From positions 16,096 to 80,095 of the forward strand of contig CAISZI010000047.1 of the NCBI GenBank assembly GCA_903889905.1: a stretch of 64,000 nt of DNA, written 5' to 3'. This document shows positions 8,734 through 18,731 of this stretch, one piece after another. The stretch comes from Candidatus Wirthbacteria bacterium. GTDB lineage: Bacteria > Patescibacteriota > CG2-30-54-11. Position numbers and translations under genes: made by a program. The notes beneath the pieces were generated by a model that saw only the letters and a program-made list of their open reading frames with translations, did no database searches and was not told the origin of the DNA. The first letter of the stretch is position 1, and the number at the start of each line of letters is the position of its first letter.

Positions 8734-11661
8734 ATGACCAATAACAACAGTAAATCCGGTTTTTTTAACTGGTGGGGAAAAACGGTAGTCCGTTTCCGGT
8801 GGACAATCCTTGTTTTGTGGCTTGTGGCATTGGGACTGGTGATGGCACTGGCGCCCAAACTGGCGGACGTCACAACTTCAGACGCGAATGGCATCTTGCC
8901 TGATCAGGCCATTAGTGTCCAGGCGCTTGCTGCAGCCAAAAAATATTTTCCCACCCAGGCCGCGCCTAGCCAGGCAGTCGTGTTGTTGGTAAGTAGTGGT
9001 GCCTCCCTCGCTGACGCCAGGTTAACCGATTTTGTGGCGGATTACACCAATTGGCTCAAAACTTCCTTTGACCCCAAACTTGTCACCCAGATTCTCTCGC
9101 CGGCTGACCCCAGCCTGAAAGCCGGACTGACAAGCCCAGACCAAAAATCCGAAATGATTTACATCGGTTTGCAGGCAGGCCCCGATGATCCACGCGTATA
9201 TTCCATCCTGACGCAACTGCGCGAAAAACTTAAACAAGCTCCAACCGGTTACACTTCATACCTGACCGGCGGGGCTGCCATCCTGAGTGACTATACCCAT
9301 CAGGCCACGAGCAGCGTGGACAGCACGACCAGTATCACGATTGTGCTGGTCGTGATCATTTTGCTGCTCATCTTCCGCTCACCAGTGACGCCGATTGTAC
9401 CACTGGCAACCATTGGTGTGTCCTATCTGATCACCATTGGCATTGTCGCGTGGCTGACGCACTTTGGTCTCACGGTGGTCAGCTTCACGCAGGCATTTCT
9501 GGTCGTGGTGTTGTTTGGCGTCGGTACCGATTATTGCCTGTTTATCGTGAGCCGCTTTCGGGAATTTGTCGCCGCTGGCGATGCGCCACATCAGGCCGCC
9601 AGTAAAGGCATCGCGCGGGTAGGAGAAACCATCACCAGCAGTGCCGGTACCGTTGTCGTTGGCATGCTCGTCATGGCTACAGCCAAGATGAAACTATTTT
9701 CCACCTCGGGCCCGGATATTGCCGTAGGCGTCGTCATTACTTTGCTCTGCGCCCTCACCTTTACGCCGGCACTGCTATCCATACTTGGCAAAAAAGCATT
9801 TTGGCTTTCTTCCATCCATCCCAAAGCCGAAGGTAGCCGCATCTGGGTGGCGATGGCCAACTTTGTCGCGCGCCATAAATGGTTGCCACTCATCCTTGCG
9901 GGGATTCTGCTGTTTCCGCTTGCAGTGCTTGGAACAACCGCCAAACAAACTTTTGACATGACTGCCGACCTATCGGACAAAGTGTTGTCTAAACAGGGAT
10001 TTAACGTCATGTCTTCGCATTTTGGCGCGGGAGAAATGCAGCCACTGGATCTGATCATAACCCATTTTGGGGATTACCAAAGTGTCGTCGGTCTGACGCA
10101 AATTCAACAGCTCACCGATCGTGTCCGTCAGATTGACGGGATTGCCTCGGTGCGCAGCCTGACTTCTCCCGATGGCAGTCAGGATAGCGCAGCAAGTGAT
10201 TTGATGCAGGTAACAGGCCAGCTCAAAATGATCCAAACCATGCTGCCAGGTAACAATTCCAGTGCCACCCAAACCGCCGCTACCGCAGCAAGGGCAACTG
10301 ACCTGGACACACTGGGACAGTATTTTAACTCCGTCCAAAGCCAATTCACCGACATTGACGACACCCTGTTTCAAGCTGTACAAGCCGATTTTCATAACCT
10401 GGAAACCAGTATGGCCAGCTGTGGTCAGCCGATTTTTGTTGGCGACCAACTGCGGTATATGGCCAGTCTGATCGGCGTCGCGAACGTAGACGTGGCCTCC
10501 AAAAATGCTGCACTCTCCGGCACGGCCCAGTTAAAAACGCTGCAAGACTATGTAACGGGACTCGGTAACAGTCTGCCAACGCTCCAACAAACCAACGCAT
10601 TCAGCGCACTTCAACAACAAGTCCAACTGCTTGCGCTGGCAGCCACCCTGACGACAAATTCACAGACATTGACGCCCAGCCAGCCATCGAACGCCGCCTC
10701 ACTGCAAACGGGACTGATCAGTAAAATCAACCAGCTGGCGACCAAGGCTGACCAAATCGCGCCGCATGTCATTTTTATCCCCTCAGGTCAGTCGACTGAC
10801 CTCTCGGCACTAGCAAGCCTGCCTCAAGTTCAACAATCCCTGCAAGCGCTGACCCAGTCCATTGCCAAACTGGAGCAAGCTTTTGGCCAACGTGCTCCGG
10901 CATATTTTTTGCCTTTGGCTCTGGCAGGTGATAACGCGGCCTTTGCGACCATGCTCAAGACATACACCTCGGCTACTGATCAAGCCATCCGCTTACAAAT
11001 TGTACTGCGTGATGATCCTTATTCCGATGCGGCCATGGCCACCTCCAACCGCCTGCTGCAGCAATTCAAACCAGGCAGCAACGTGTACTTAAGTGGCACC
11101 AGCCCGAACATGCTGGATATCAAAAATACCCTGCATGCCGACACCATCCAAATGATAGCGCTTGTCCTGATTGGCATTGCCATCGTGCTTATGCTGCTCT
11201 TGCGTTCGATCGTGGCGCCGATTTATCTGCTGGCGACAATATTGCTCAGTTACCTGTCGACACTTGGCGTTTGTCAGCTCGTCTTTGGCACCTGGCTGCA
11301 CAAAGACCTGACCTGGTGGGTACCGTTTTTTATGTTTGTTTTGCTCGTGGCGCTGGGCGTGGACTACAACATCTTCCTCATAGGTCGTGTCAAGGAAGAA
11401 ACTAAAAGTCATGGTACTGTCGATGGTATTCGTTTGGCACTGCAGCACACTGGCGGGATCATCACCTCAGCAGGTATCATCCTGGCAGGCACGTTTGCTG
11501 CCATGATGTCAGGCTCAATCCTGGGGTTGGTAGAAATTGGCTTTGCGGTGACAGTTGGCGTTTTACTGGACACCTTTGTCATTCGCACTACCGTGGTTCC
11601 AGCTATTGCGCTCATGTTGGACAAGTGGAACTGGTGGCCAAGCCACGCTCCCAAAGATTAA
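8734..11661 (+). CDS. MMPL family (RND superfamily) transporter with a long helical insertion
   Basis: GVGTDY and ALGVDYNIFL motifs, two TM bundles, DTFVIRT..VPA..WNWWP ending. Confidence 0.92.
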   Translation: MTNNNSKSGFFNWWGKTVVRFRWTILVLWLVALGLVMALAPKLADVTTSDANGILPDQAISVQALAAAKKYFPTQAAPSQAVVLLVSSGASLADARLTDFVADYTNWLKTSFDPKLVTQILSPADPSLKAGLTSPDQKSEMIYIGLQAGPDDPRVYSILTQLREKLKQAPTGYTSYLTGGAAILSDYTHQATSSVDSTTSITIVLVVIILLLIFRSPVTPIVPLATIGVSYLITIGIVAWLTHFGLTVVSFTQAFLVVVLFGVGTDYCLFIVSRFREFVAAGDAPHQAASKGIARVGETITSSAGTVVVGMLVMATAKMKLFSTSGPDIAVGVVITLLCALTFTPALLSILGKKAFWLSSIHPKAEGSRIWVAMANFVARHKWLPLILAGILLFPLAVLGTTAKQTFDMTADLSDKVLSKQGFNVMSSHFGAGEMQPLDLIITHFGDYQSVVGLTQIQQLTDRVRQIDGIASVRSLTSPDGSQDSAASDLMQVTGQLKMIQTMLPGNNSSATQTAATAARATDLDTLGQYFNSVQSQFTDIDDTLFQAVQADFHNLETSMASCGQPIFVGDQLRYMASLIGVANVDVASKNAALSGTAQLKTLQDYVTGLGNSLPTLQQTNAFSALQQQVQLLALAATLTTNSQTLTPSQPSNAASLQTGLISKINQLATKADQIAPHVIFIPSGQSTDLSALASLPQVQQSLQALTQSIAKLEQAFGQRAPAYFLPLALAGDNAAFATMLKTYTSATDQAIRLQIVLRDDPYSDAAMATSNRLLQQFKPGSNVYLSGTSPNMLDIKNTLHADTIQMIALVLIGIAIVLMLLLRSIVAPIYLLATILLSYLSTLGVCQLVFGTWLHKDLTWWVPFFMFVLLVALGVDYNIFLIGRVKEETKSHGTVDGIRLALQHTGGIITSAGIILAGTFAAMMSGSILGLVEIGFAVTVGVLLDTFVIRTTVVPAIALMLDKWNWWPSHAPKD

Positions 11662-11666
11662 CACGC

Positions 11667-12239
11667 TCACCACTTTGACGGCGCAGTGTAGCGATCTTTA
11701 TCGACTGGTTTGTCATACGCTTTGGCCAGATGCCCAAAGCGCTGCATGATCGCCAGACAGACATTGGCGTCGGTGAGTGCCCGGTGCGACTGAAAATCGA
11801 GATCGAGATGGTTTTTGATCGTACCAAGTTGATGGTTGGGTAAATGCGGTAAAGCGGTTTTGGCAAGCCTGGCGGTACATACCCTCAGGTTTTGCATCAG
11901 TGGCAATTCCTCCCGGGCAAATTCGGCATTGAGAAAATTAAAATCAAAATACACGTTGTGCGCTACAAACAAATCGTCACCCACCAGCTCTCGCACATGG
12001 GCAAAAACCCGGAATGGATCCTGACCGTCGTTTTTCACCATCGCGGTGGTAATCCCGGTAAACCGTGTGATCGCCGCCGGTACGCGCTCCACCGTCTGGA
12101 TCAAGGCCTGATATTCAGCCACAACCCGGCCTGCTTCCACACGAATTGCACCTACCTCAATCACCCGGTTTTGCTTTGGACTAAAGCCGGTCGTTTCGGT
12201 ATCAATGATCGTGTAACGCTCAAGGCTTGGTGGTGGCAT
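11667..12239 (-). CDS. DEDDh 3'-5' exonuclease (DnaQ/epsilon-like)
   Basis: IIDTETTG, AHNVYFD, HRALTDA. Confidence 0.9.
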   Translation of the reverse strand: MPPPSLERYTIIDTETTGFSPKQNRVIEVGAIRVEAGRVVAEYQALIQTVERVPAAITRFTGITTAMVKNDGQDPFRVFAHVRELVGDDLFVAHNVYFDFNFLNAEFAREELPLMQNLRVCTARLAKTALPHLPNHQLGTIKNHLDLDFQSHRALTDANVCLAIMQRFGHLAKAYDKPVDKDRYTAPSKW

Positions 12240-12320
12240 TGTTTACAATTCAACAAACGTTTAAATCCCCTCAGCAACCATGTTACGATACATTCGCTAA
12301 TTATTCATCAAGGAGCTTCC

Positions 12321-13451
12321 ATGATCTACAGCGGCCTTTCGGGCAATGAACTTTACTGCGTTGATAAACTTGGCTACACCCCAGGTGATTTACTGATTGG
12401 TAACAGCGTTTTCTCGGTCGGACTCCTAGGTGGCCTCCGGGCCGGTTTCCGTGGACTGGTGGGTGGTGAAATTACCGATTATACCCACATGATTGCCGAG
12501 GGCCGAAGGTTATCCTTTGAACGGCTCGAAAAAGAAATTACGGATCGTGAAGGTGTTGGCGCAACAGGAGTTACCAGCGAACTGGTTTTTCACTCCGGCA
12601 ACATTGAGTTTTTGTCCGTGGCTTCCGCACTGCATGGACCAGAGGCGAGCGATGGCCGCAAGTTTACGACCTCGAGCGACGGGCAGGAATTTTATTGCCA
12701 GATGGACGCCAATTACACCCCACGCAAATTTGTCTTTGGCAATGTCGCCTACTCGATTGGCGTGGGACAGGGCATCATGGGCGGCCTGAAGCAACTCAAA
12801 CGCGGTGAGATCAAGGAATACACCCAAATTTTCAACACCACCCGCAACCTCGCCCTCGACCGTATCGTTGCTGAAGCCAAAACCGTCGACGCCAACGCGG
12901 TGGTCGGCATTGAAACCACCATATTGCCATTCCAGTCTGCTGGTGTGCAGGAAATGCTGATGATCGGTACCTCCTCCCACAATCCAAATCTACCTGCAGG
13001 CGACATAGTAACCAGTGACCTCACGTGTGAAGAAATGTGGAACCTGACCAATATGGGTTATATTCCCCAGAAACTGTTGCTGGGAACCTCAGTCTACTCA
13101 CTCGGCTTTATTGGCGGCCTCAAATCGTTTTTCAAAAACATGGTCAAAGGCGAAATCAATGAACTCACGACGCTGATCTATGAAGCACGCGAAGAATCAA
13201 TCGGCAAGATTTCCGCCGAAGCCCAAAAAATCGGGGCCGATGACGTCGTCGGCATCAAAACCTATGTTTATGCCCTAGGCGGTGGCCTGATTGAATTCCT
13301 GGCCATTGGCACAGCGATCAAAAAAATAGGACCGTCCATCACCACCAAATCCCCTCAGCTCCTGCCGCAATGCATTATCCGCGACAAAGATACTTTCTAC
13401 AATTCAGCAGAAGTCAGTTTTGGTGTCGATCTGAATGCCCAGACTCGCTAG
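12321..13451 (+). CDS. Protein of three tandem YbjQ (UPF0145 heavy-metal-binding) domains
   Basis: Three repeats of G-x-x-GE-I...R..A/S..R/K...A..VVG; AGGAG SD before ATG 12321 (the longer called ORF runs antisense over the exonuclease). Confidence 0.85.
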   Translation: MIYSGLSGNELYCVDKLGYTPGDLLIGNSVFSVGLLGGLRAGFRGLVGGEITDYTHMIAEGRRLSFERLEKEITDREGVGATGVTSELVFHSGNIEFLSVASALHGPEASDGRKFTTSSDGQEFYCQMDANYTPRKFVFGNVAYSIGVGQGIMGGLKQLKRGEIKEYTQIFNTTRNLALDRIVAEAKTVDANAVVGIETTILPFQSAGVQEMLMIGTSSHNPNLPAGDIVTSDLTCEEMWNLTNMGYIPQKLLLGTSVYSLGFIGGLKSFFKNMVKGEINELTTLIYEAREESIGKISAEAQKIGADDVVGIKTYVYALGGGLIEFLAIGTAIKKIGPSITTKSPQLLPQCIIRDKDTFYNSAEVSFGVDLNAQTR

Positions 13452-13463
13452 ACTGGCTTACCA

Positions 13464-14099
13464 ATGCCGTCACCACAACCCATATCCCCTCCCCGACGCG
13501 TTATTCCATTGCTACTGCTGGTGGGAATCGTTGCCATTGTTTTGCTTGCTTCCCAACTGCTAATCCTGACATCAGGGATGATGCCGTCACTGTCCACAAA
13601 CAGAAGCACGGACAGTCCATCAACAGTGCCCATTTCACTTCCCGCCACCGCCGTTTCTGCCAAGGGCTCGCTTTGTCAACTCGACAACATGCTCCCTGAT
13701 CCAATCTGTACCCCTGGTGCCGCCGATCCCCGGGTGACACAAGCCAATTTGCACAGCACCATTTGCTCGTCAGGGTATTCTGCCAGTGTGCGGCCAGCGG
13801 TATCCGTCACCAACAAGATCAAAAAAGAGCGGCTACAAGCCTATGGCTTGAAAGGTACGATGCAGGAGTATGAACTCGACCATCTCATTTCACTCGAACT
13901 GGGCGGTGCGCCAGCAAGTGTGTCCAACCTGTGGCCCGAACCTTATGCCGGTAGCGACAATGCGCATGACAAAGATGTCGTGGAAAACTACCTGCACGAA
14001 CAAGTTTGTAGTGATAAAATGACACTACAGGCAACGCAAACCGCCATCAGCACAAACTGGATCAAAGTCTATGACCAGATCCAGGCTGCCAAACACTAG
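13464..14099 (+). CDS. Membrane-anchored HNH/His-Me-like nuclease domain protein
   Basis: N-terminal TM; YELDHLISLELGG..NLWPEP...KD..EN.LH motif. Confidence 0.7.
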   Translation: MPSPQPISPPRRVIPLLLLVGIVAIVLLASQLLILTSGMMPSLSTNRSTDSPSTVPISLPATAVSAKGSLCQLDNMLPDPICTPGAADPRVTQANLHSTICSSGYSASVRPAVSVTNKIKKERLQAYGLKGTMQEYELDHLISLELGGAPASVSNLWPEPYAGSDNAHDKDVVENYLHEQVCSDKMTLQATQTAISTNWIKVYDQIQAAKH

Positions 14100-14102
14100 C
14101 TA

Positions 14103-15305
14103 CTATCTTTGGTACAAATAAAAGAAGTCCTTGTCATAACCGTGCAGGTACTGGCTGGAGCCATCTTTGAGGTCACGTGTCAATGTCGTGGACTTGTACT
14201 GGCCGCTGCCGATCGATTCAAATATATTGAAACGTACCCAGTTGGGGTTGATGTCGAGTTGAATGGCATTGACGGCACCGGCGGCCTTAAGCGCGGCACC
14301 AAGCGTGGCAGGAACCAGATTGTTCCCCACAGCAAAAATCAAGTTGCCATCCTTGTCCAAACCCATTCCCGTCCGCCAGGTGTAAATGTCCGTGGTCATG
14401 GTGCGACCCCAAAGTGCGCGGTTTTTGGGGTCCGACGTTGTGATCTCGCCATTTTCAATCATAATCGGACAGTTCTGTCGTACAAACGCCACGTTGGGGC
14501 CCAAATCCTGGCCGCTGTAATTAATGATTTTGAGCGAACCGTCTTTGTATCCGACGATTGTCCCGAGGTCGTTTTTGAGTGGTAGATAGGTCATGTCTCC
14601 TACGATCATCCCGTACTGGCCGTCTTTGTATTGAAATCCACCATCAAAGGCCGCCAGCAGCGTACCCGCCTGTACGATCTCATCCGGAACCTTGCCGGGG
14701 CCATGTTTGCCAATAATGCCAGCGGGCTCTGAACGACCGGCAACCGTACCCATACGGATCAGAGACATATCCACCTTGAGCAAAGTCACCACGGTGAACT
14801 GACGGCTATCATCAGGCCGTACAAAAGTATGTGCCATCACTTCCTTGCCTGGGTAGGCAGCGAGTGGATTGTCCTTCCAAACACCTTCATGCGCCAGCGC
14901 CTTGAACTTGGGGTTGGGCGGAATGTCCGTCAGCGTAAAATGCCGACTTTCCACCACCGGTAGGCTGGCAGGAGTGGCTGATGGAGAAACTGCATCAACA
15001 AACTGGGGAGCTTCTGCTTTGGCACCAGTAATCTGCTGGACTTTGTCGGAAATATTGAAAAAAACTTTTTCAATAAAAATCACATTGTTGGACCCCAGCA
15101 GTGGCCGCAGTACTTTGTCGGTAAAATCAGCGGCCGCCGAGGTGTTTAATTTGACAAACAAAACACCTGCAATCGCCAGAGTCAACAAAAAAACAAAACA
15201 TCCAATGACAATTTTCAGCACCAGTGGCCTGGATTTGGGTTTGGATTTGAGCCGCTGTTTTGATCCAGCTGGCCGGACAAGCGGAAGCGGCGTAAGTTCT
15301 GACAT
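14103..15305 (-). CDS. Membrane-anchored phosphodiester glycosidase family (NAGPA/DUF2233-like) protein
   Basis: AAFDGGF, TWRTGMG, A..AIQLDIN motifs; N-terminal TM. Confidence 0.75.
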   Translation of the reverse strand: MSELTPLPLVRPAGSKQRLKSKPKSRPLVLKIVIGCFVFLLTLAIAGVLFVKLNTSAAADFTDKVLRPLLGSNNVIFIEKVFFNISDKVQQITGAKAEAPQFVDAVSPSATPASLPVVESRHFTLTDIPPNPKFKALAHEGVWKDNPLAAYPGKEVMAHTFVRPDDSRQFTVVTLLKVDMSLIRMGTVAGRSEPAGIIGKHGPGKVPDEIVQAGTLLAAFDGGFQYKDGQYGMIVGDMTYLPLKNDLGTIVGYKDGSLKIINYSGQDLGPNVAFVRQNCPIMIENGEITTSDPKNRALWGRTMTTDIYTWRTGMGLDKDGNLIFAVGNNLVPATLGAALKAAGAVNAIQLDINPNWVRFNIFESIGSGQYKSTTLTRDLKDGSSQYLHGYDKDFFYLYQR

Positions 15306-15407
15306 ATTGACCCTACAACATTAACGATAAGCAAACGATAGAGAGTCCCACATTAAAAGTGGATTAGAGAATATCGCAAGCACTGCCTAACTGCAATACT
15401 CATAGCA

Positions 15408-16640
15408 TTATCCTTGCCTGCGCATAATTTTTCGCCGTTCTTGCCAGCCAAAGGTTAAACCAGCCAGCACTGCCGCCACACCACCCGCCAGCAGCCCAAA
15501 ACGTGGCCCCAGTGCAGCAGAAATCCATCCGACGATTGGCCCACCCACCGCCGTAGACCCCAAAAAGGCCATTGCCCAGTAGGACATGACACGGCCACGG
15601 AGTCTGGGATCACTGTTTATTTGCAATGTACTGTTCCCGAGTGCAATAAACTGGTTGGAAAAAAAACCAGCCACCACCAGGGCAAGCAACGCCAGAATAA
15701 AAGTCGGCATCAAGGCAGCCAAACAGACCGCGAAGCCTAACCCCAAGCCGGCACTGGCAACGAGCGCAACCGTCGCCTGATGACGCCTGGCCGTTAAGAG
15801 ACCTCCCATCACAGATCCCAGGCCAGTGGCTGCAGACAAGGCCGCATAAGTCCCCGCATCGCCATGAAAAACACGTTGTGCCAACGGCGGCAAACTAACC
15901 TGAAATTCATAAGTCATGGTTCCAAGCACAGCCATCAGCAGTAACGCATTGCGCAAAACCGGCGTCTTCCAGACATAACGAAATCCTTCCTGTAATTGTC
16001 CGCCCTGGTGTTGCGACGGTTGCGACATTTCGATTCCCTGCGAACGCATCAGCAGCAGCATGACAATTACGGCAATATATGACAAAGCATTCAACAGAAA
16101 ACACGGTGCCATGCCAACACCCGCAATCAACACACCCGCCATGGCCGGCCCCAGCACACGAGCCAGATTGACCAGGCTGGTGTTGAGTGTAACGGCATTG
16201 CGCACCTCATCCTTGCCTACCATTTCGACAATAAAGGATTGCCGCGATGGATTATCCACCACATTCGTCAACCCAAAGCACAATGCCAACACGATCACCA
16301 TCCACAGTTGTACCCAACCCAAAAGTGTCAGTAATCCCAGGATCAAAGCGAGCACGCCAAAAATTGTCTGCGTCGCAATCAACATGCGGCGTTTGGGAAA
16401 ACGGTCGGCAATCACTCCGCCCCAAGGCCCCAGGACAAGCAAAGGCAGATATTGAATGGCTGCGACAATGCCGAGCAAGGTTGGTGAATGCGTCATGCTG
16501 TAGACGAGCCAGTCCTGTGCAATCGCCTGCATAAACGTACCCGTGACCGATATCACCTGGCCAATAAAATACAGCCGGTAATTGCGTACCCGCAAAGACG
16601 AAAATGTTTCCCGGCCATAAGCTTGAAACGCACGCAACAT
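15408..16640 (-). CDS. MFS transporter (MFS_3/DHA3-like)
   Basis: RNYRLYFIGQ, GGVIADRFPKRR, LRGRVMS; about 12 TM. Confidence 0.9.
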   Translation of the reverse strand: MLRAFQAYGRETFSSLRVRNYRLYFIGQVISVTGTFMQAIAQDWLVYSMTHSPTLLGIVAAIQYLPLLVLGPWGGVIADRFPKRRMLIATQTIFGVLALILGLLTLLGWVQLWMVIVLALCFGLTNVVDNPSRQSFIVEMVGKDEVRNAVTLNTSLVNLARVLGPAMAGVLIAGVGMAPCFLLNALSYIAVIVMLLLMRSQGIEMSQPSQHQGGQLQEGFRYVWKTPVLRNALLLMAVLGTMTYEFQVSLPPLAQRVFHGDAGTYAALSAATGLGSVMGGLLTARRHQATVALVASAGLGLGFAVCLAALMPTFILALLALVVAGFFSNQFIALGNSTLQINSDPRLRGRVMSYWAMAFLGSTAVGGPIVGWISAALGPRFGLLAGGVAAVLAGLTFGWQERRKIMRRQG

Positions 16641-18629
16641 TTATTCATCCCTCAACGCATTAACCGGATCCAGTCGTGCCCCGCGCAGTGCGGGCAAGTA
16701 GCCAGCAACCGTCGCTATCAGCATCGAAAAAGCAACCACCCCAACCTGCAAATACCAGGCTGTGTAAAAATGCACGTACTGACTGCCTCCCTGGGAAGCC
16801 ACGATACGGTTTAAAATTATTTCGGCGAGCAAAGACCCAAACGCACCCAGAATAAGCCCCATCACTCCGCCGATCAAACCAATCAGCAATGCTTCCGCAA
16901 TGAATATCGTCTGGATATCCCAAGCTCGCGCGCCCACGGCTTTCATGATGCCAATTTCCCGCAGTCGTTCGAGAATCGACATCAGCATGGTATTGACGAT
17001 GCCCAGGGACGCCACGATCAAGGCGATGCCTCCCAGCAGTCCAAACAGCGCCTGCAAAATCGAAAAAGCCCGTGCCTGCGTTTTGGCAACCAGCGCATAA
17101 GAATGGGTGGTATAACCCAGATTGCGGACCTCGTTGTCAACCTCAGTAACCGAGGCAGCATCAGTCACCTGCACAATGCCAGCCGCATAAATCGCTGTAT
17201 CGGTCTGCAGATTTTCAGATGTGATTTGTTTGATCGATTTGAGCATGTTGGCAGCAGTGGCAGAGGGAATCCAAATTTGGGTATCACTAAAATCAAGCTG
17301 GCTCATGACGCCCGTCACCGTGAGCGGAAATGCTTTCTGTTCCGGTGCAATGGTTAAGGTAAGCTGCTGGCCAATGATTTGTGCTGCATCCGCATAGCCC
17401 AGTACGACAGCAAGACCGTGCGGAATAATCACCGCCACTTCGTCGTCGCTCGTGAAAAAACGACCAAAAGCCACTTTCCCGCGCATCGCCTCGGTCACGT
17501 CCGCTAGCGGGGGCAAAGCCTGACTATTCAATTTCCCCCGCTTCTCCAGCAACGCAACGACACCCGTAAAATTAATCACCGGATAAGCAGCTTTGACATG
17601 CGTCAGAGCGCCCAAGTCGTGCAGGACACGATCGTTGATGGGTACGATCTCGGCCACCTGGAACTTGGAGCTCTCGTTGCTGGGCTTAAAATCCACTGTG
17701 CCCGCTTTAGTCTGACTAAACTGGATCTGCTCGATTTGCTGAAACTGAGAGGCCTGAAAAAGGGCCTCGCGCTGCAGTCCCGCCACAAAGGAAACCAAGG
17801 TGATGATCATGCCACCGCCGATCGCCACCCCAAAGGCGGTCAAAAAAATACGTAATTTACGCCGACGAATGTTATTGAGGGCCAGCGCAAACTTCGCCCA
17901 AAAACCAATGTTACGGGTCGGATGAGTGACAAAATCGCGAGACGCTGCTTGTTTGATGTGCGTCTCATTGCTGACGATTTTACCATCCAGCATTTTGACC
18001 ACCCGGTCCGCAGTCTGACCATAAACTTCGTTGTGCGTTACCAAAATGATCGTGTGACCCTGCCCATGCAGCTGATGCAGCAGCTCCAGAATTTCCTGAC
18101 CCGTTTTGGAGTCCAAATTGCCCGTCGGTTCATCACAAAGCAAAATTTCCGGTTCATTCACCAGGGCACGTGCAATAGCAGTGCGTTGTTGCTGGCCACC
18201 CGACAATTTGCCCGGTTTGCTCGAGAGCCGATCCTGCAGTCCCACCCGCTCCAAGGCTTTGTGTGCCTGCTCATGTTGTTGTTTGGTACCAACGCCAGCA
18301 AATTTGAGCGGCAATGCAACATTTTCCAGAATGCTCATGTCATGGATCAGGTTGAATTTTTGAAAAATCATCCCTATCTGTTCACGCCGGTAGCCGGCTT
18401 TGGCGTCAGGTTTGAGTTTCAGGAGATCCGTTTTTCCAACTTGTACTGCTCCACTATCCGGAACGTCCATGCCGCCCAGAATATTGAGCAAAGTGGACTT
18501 GCCACACCCCGACGGCCCCAGAATGACAACAAATTCGCCGGATTCGATCTCCAGATTGACGCCATCTAGAGCCCGGATATCGGCGTCTTCCAGATGGTAA
18601 ATCTTACTCAACTGACTCAGCTTGATCAT
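16641..18629 (-). CDS. MacB-like fused ABC ATPase-permease
   Basis: [25 protein letters not shown]; FtsX-type ERLREIGIMKAVGA; ARLDPVNALRDE. Confidence 0.9.
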   Translation of the reverse strand: MIKLSQLSKIYHLEDADIRALDGVNLEIESGEFVVILGPSGCGKSTLLNILGGMDVPDSGAVQVGKTDLLKLKPDAKAGYRREQIGMIFQKFNLIHDMSILENVALPLKFAGVGTKQQHEQAHKALERVGLQDRLSSKPGKLSGGQQQRTAIARALVNEPEILLCDEPTGNLDSKTGQEILELLHQLHGQGHTIILVTHNEVYGQTADRVVKMLDGKIVSNETHIKQAASRDFVTHPTRNIGFWAKFALALNNIRRRKLRIFLTAFGVAIGGGMIITLVSFVAGLQREALFQASQFQQIEQIQFSQTKAGTVDFKPSNESSKFQVAEIVPINDRVLHDLGALTHVKAAYPVINFTGVVALLEKRGKLNSQALPPLADVTEAMRGKVAFGRFFTSDDEVAVIIPHGLAVVLGYADAAQIIGQQLTLTIAPEQKAFPLTVTGVMSQLDFSDTQIWIPSATAANMLKSIKQITSENLQTDTAIYAAGIVQVTDAASVTEVDNEVRNLGYTTHSYALVAKTQARAFSILQALFGLLGGIALIVASLGIVNTMLMSILERLREIGIMKAVGARAWDIQTIFIAEALLIGLIGGVMGLILGAFGSLLAEIILNRIVASQGGSQYVHFYTAWYLQVGVVAFSMLIATVAGYLPALRGARLDPVNALRDE

Positions 18630-18731
18630 GACAAAGCCAAAAAGGGTAAAGCAGTTGCATGATAACGCTGCTGTATCAAACTGTCTAACCAGTCTGTATG
18701 TTATAATAGAACGATTGCATTAACCCATCAG

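Noticed and set aside
11892-12320. N-terminal extension of the 519-aa called ORF
   Set aside because: Runs antisense across the exonuclease gene; the SD and YbjQ similarity begin at 12321
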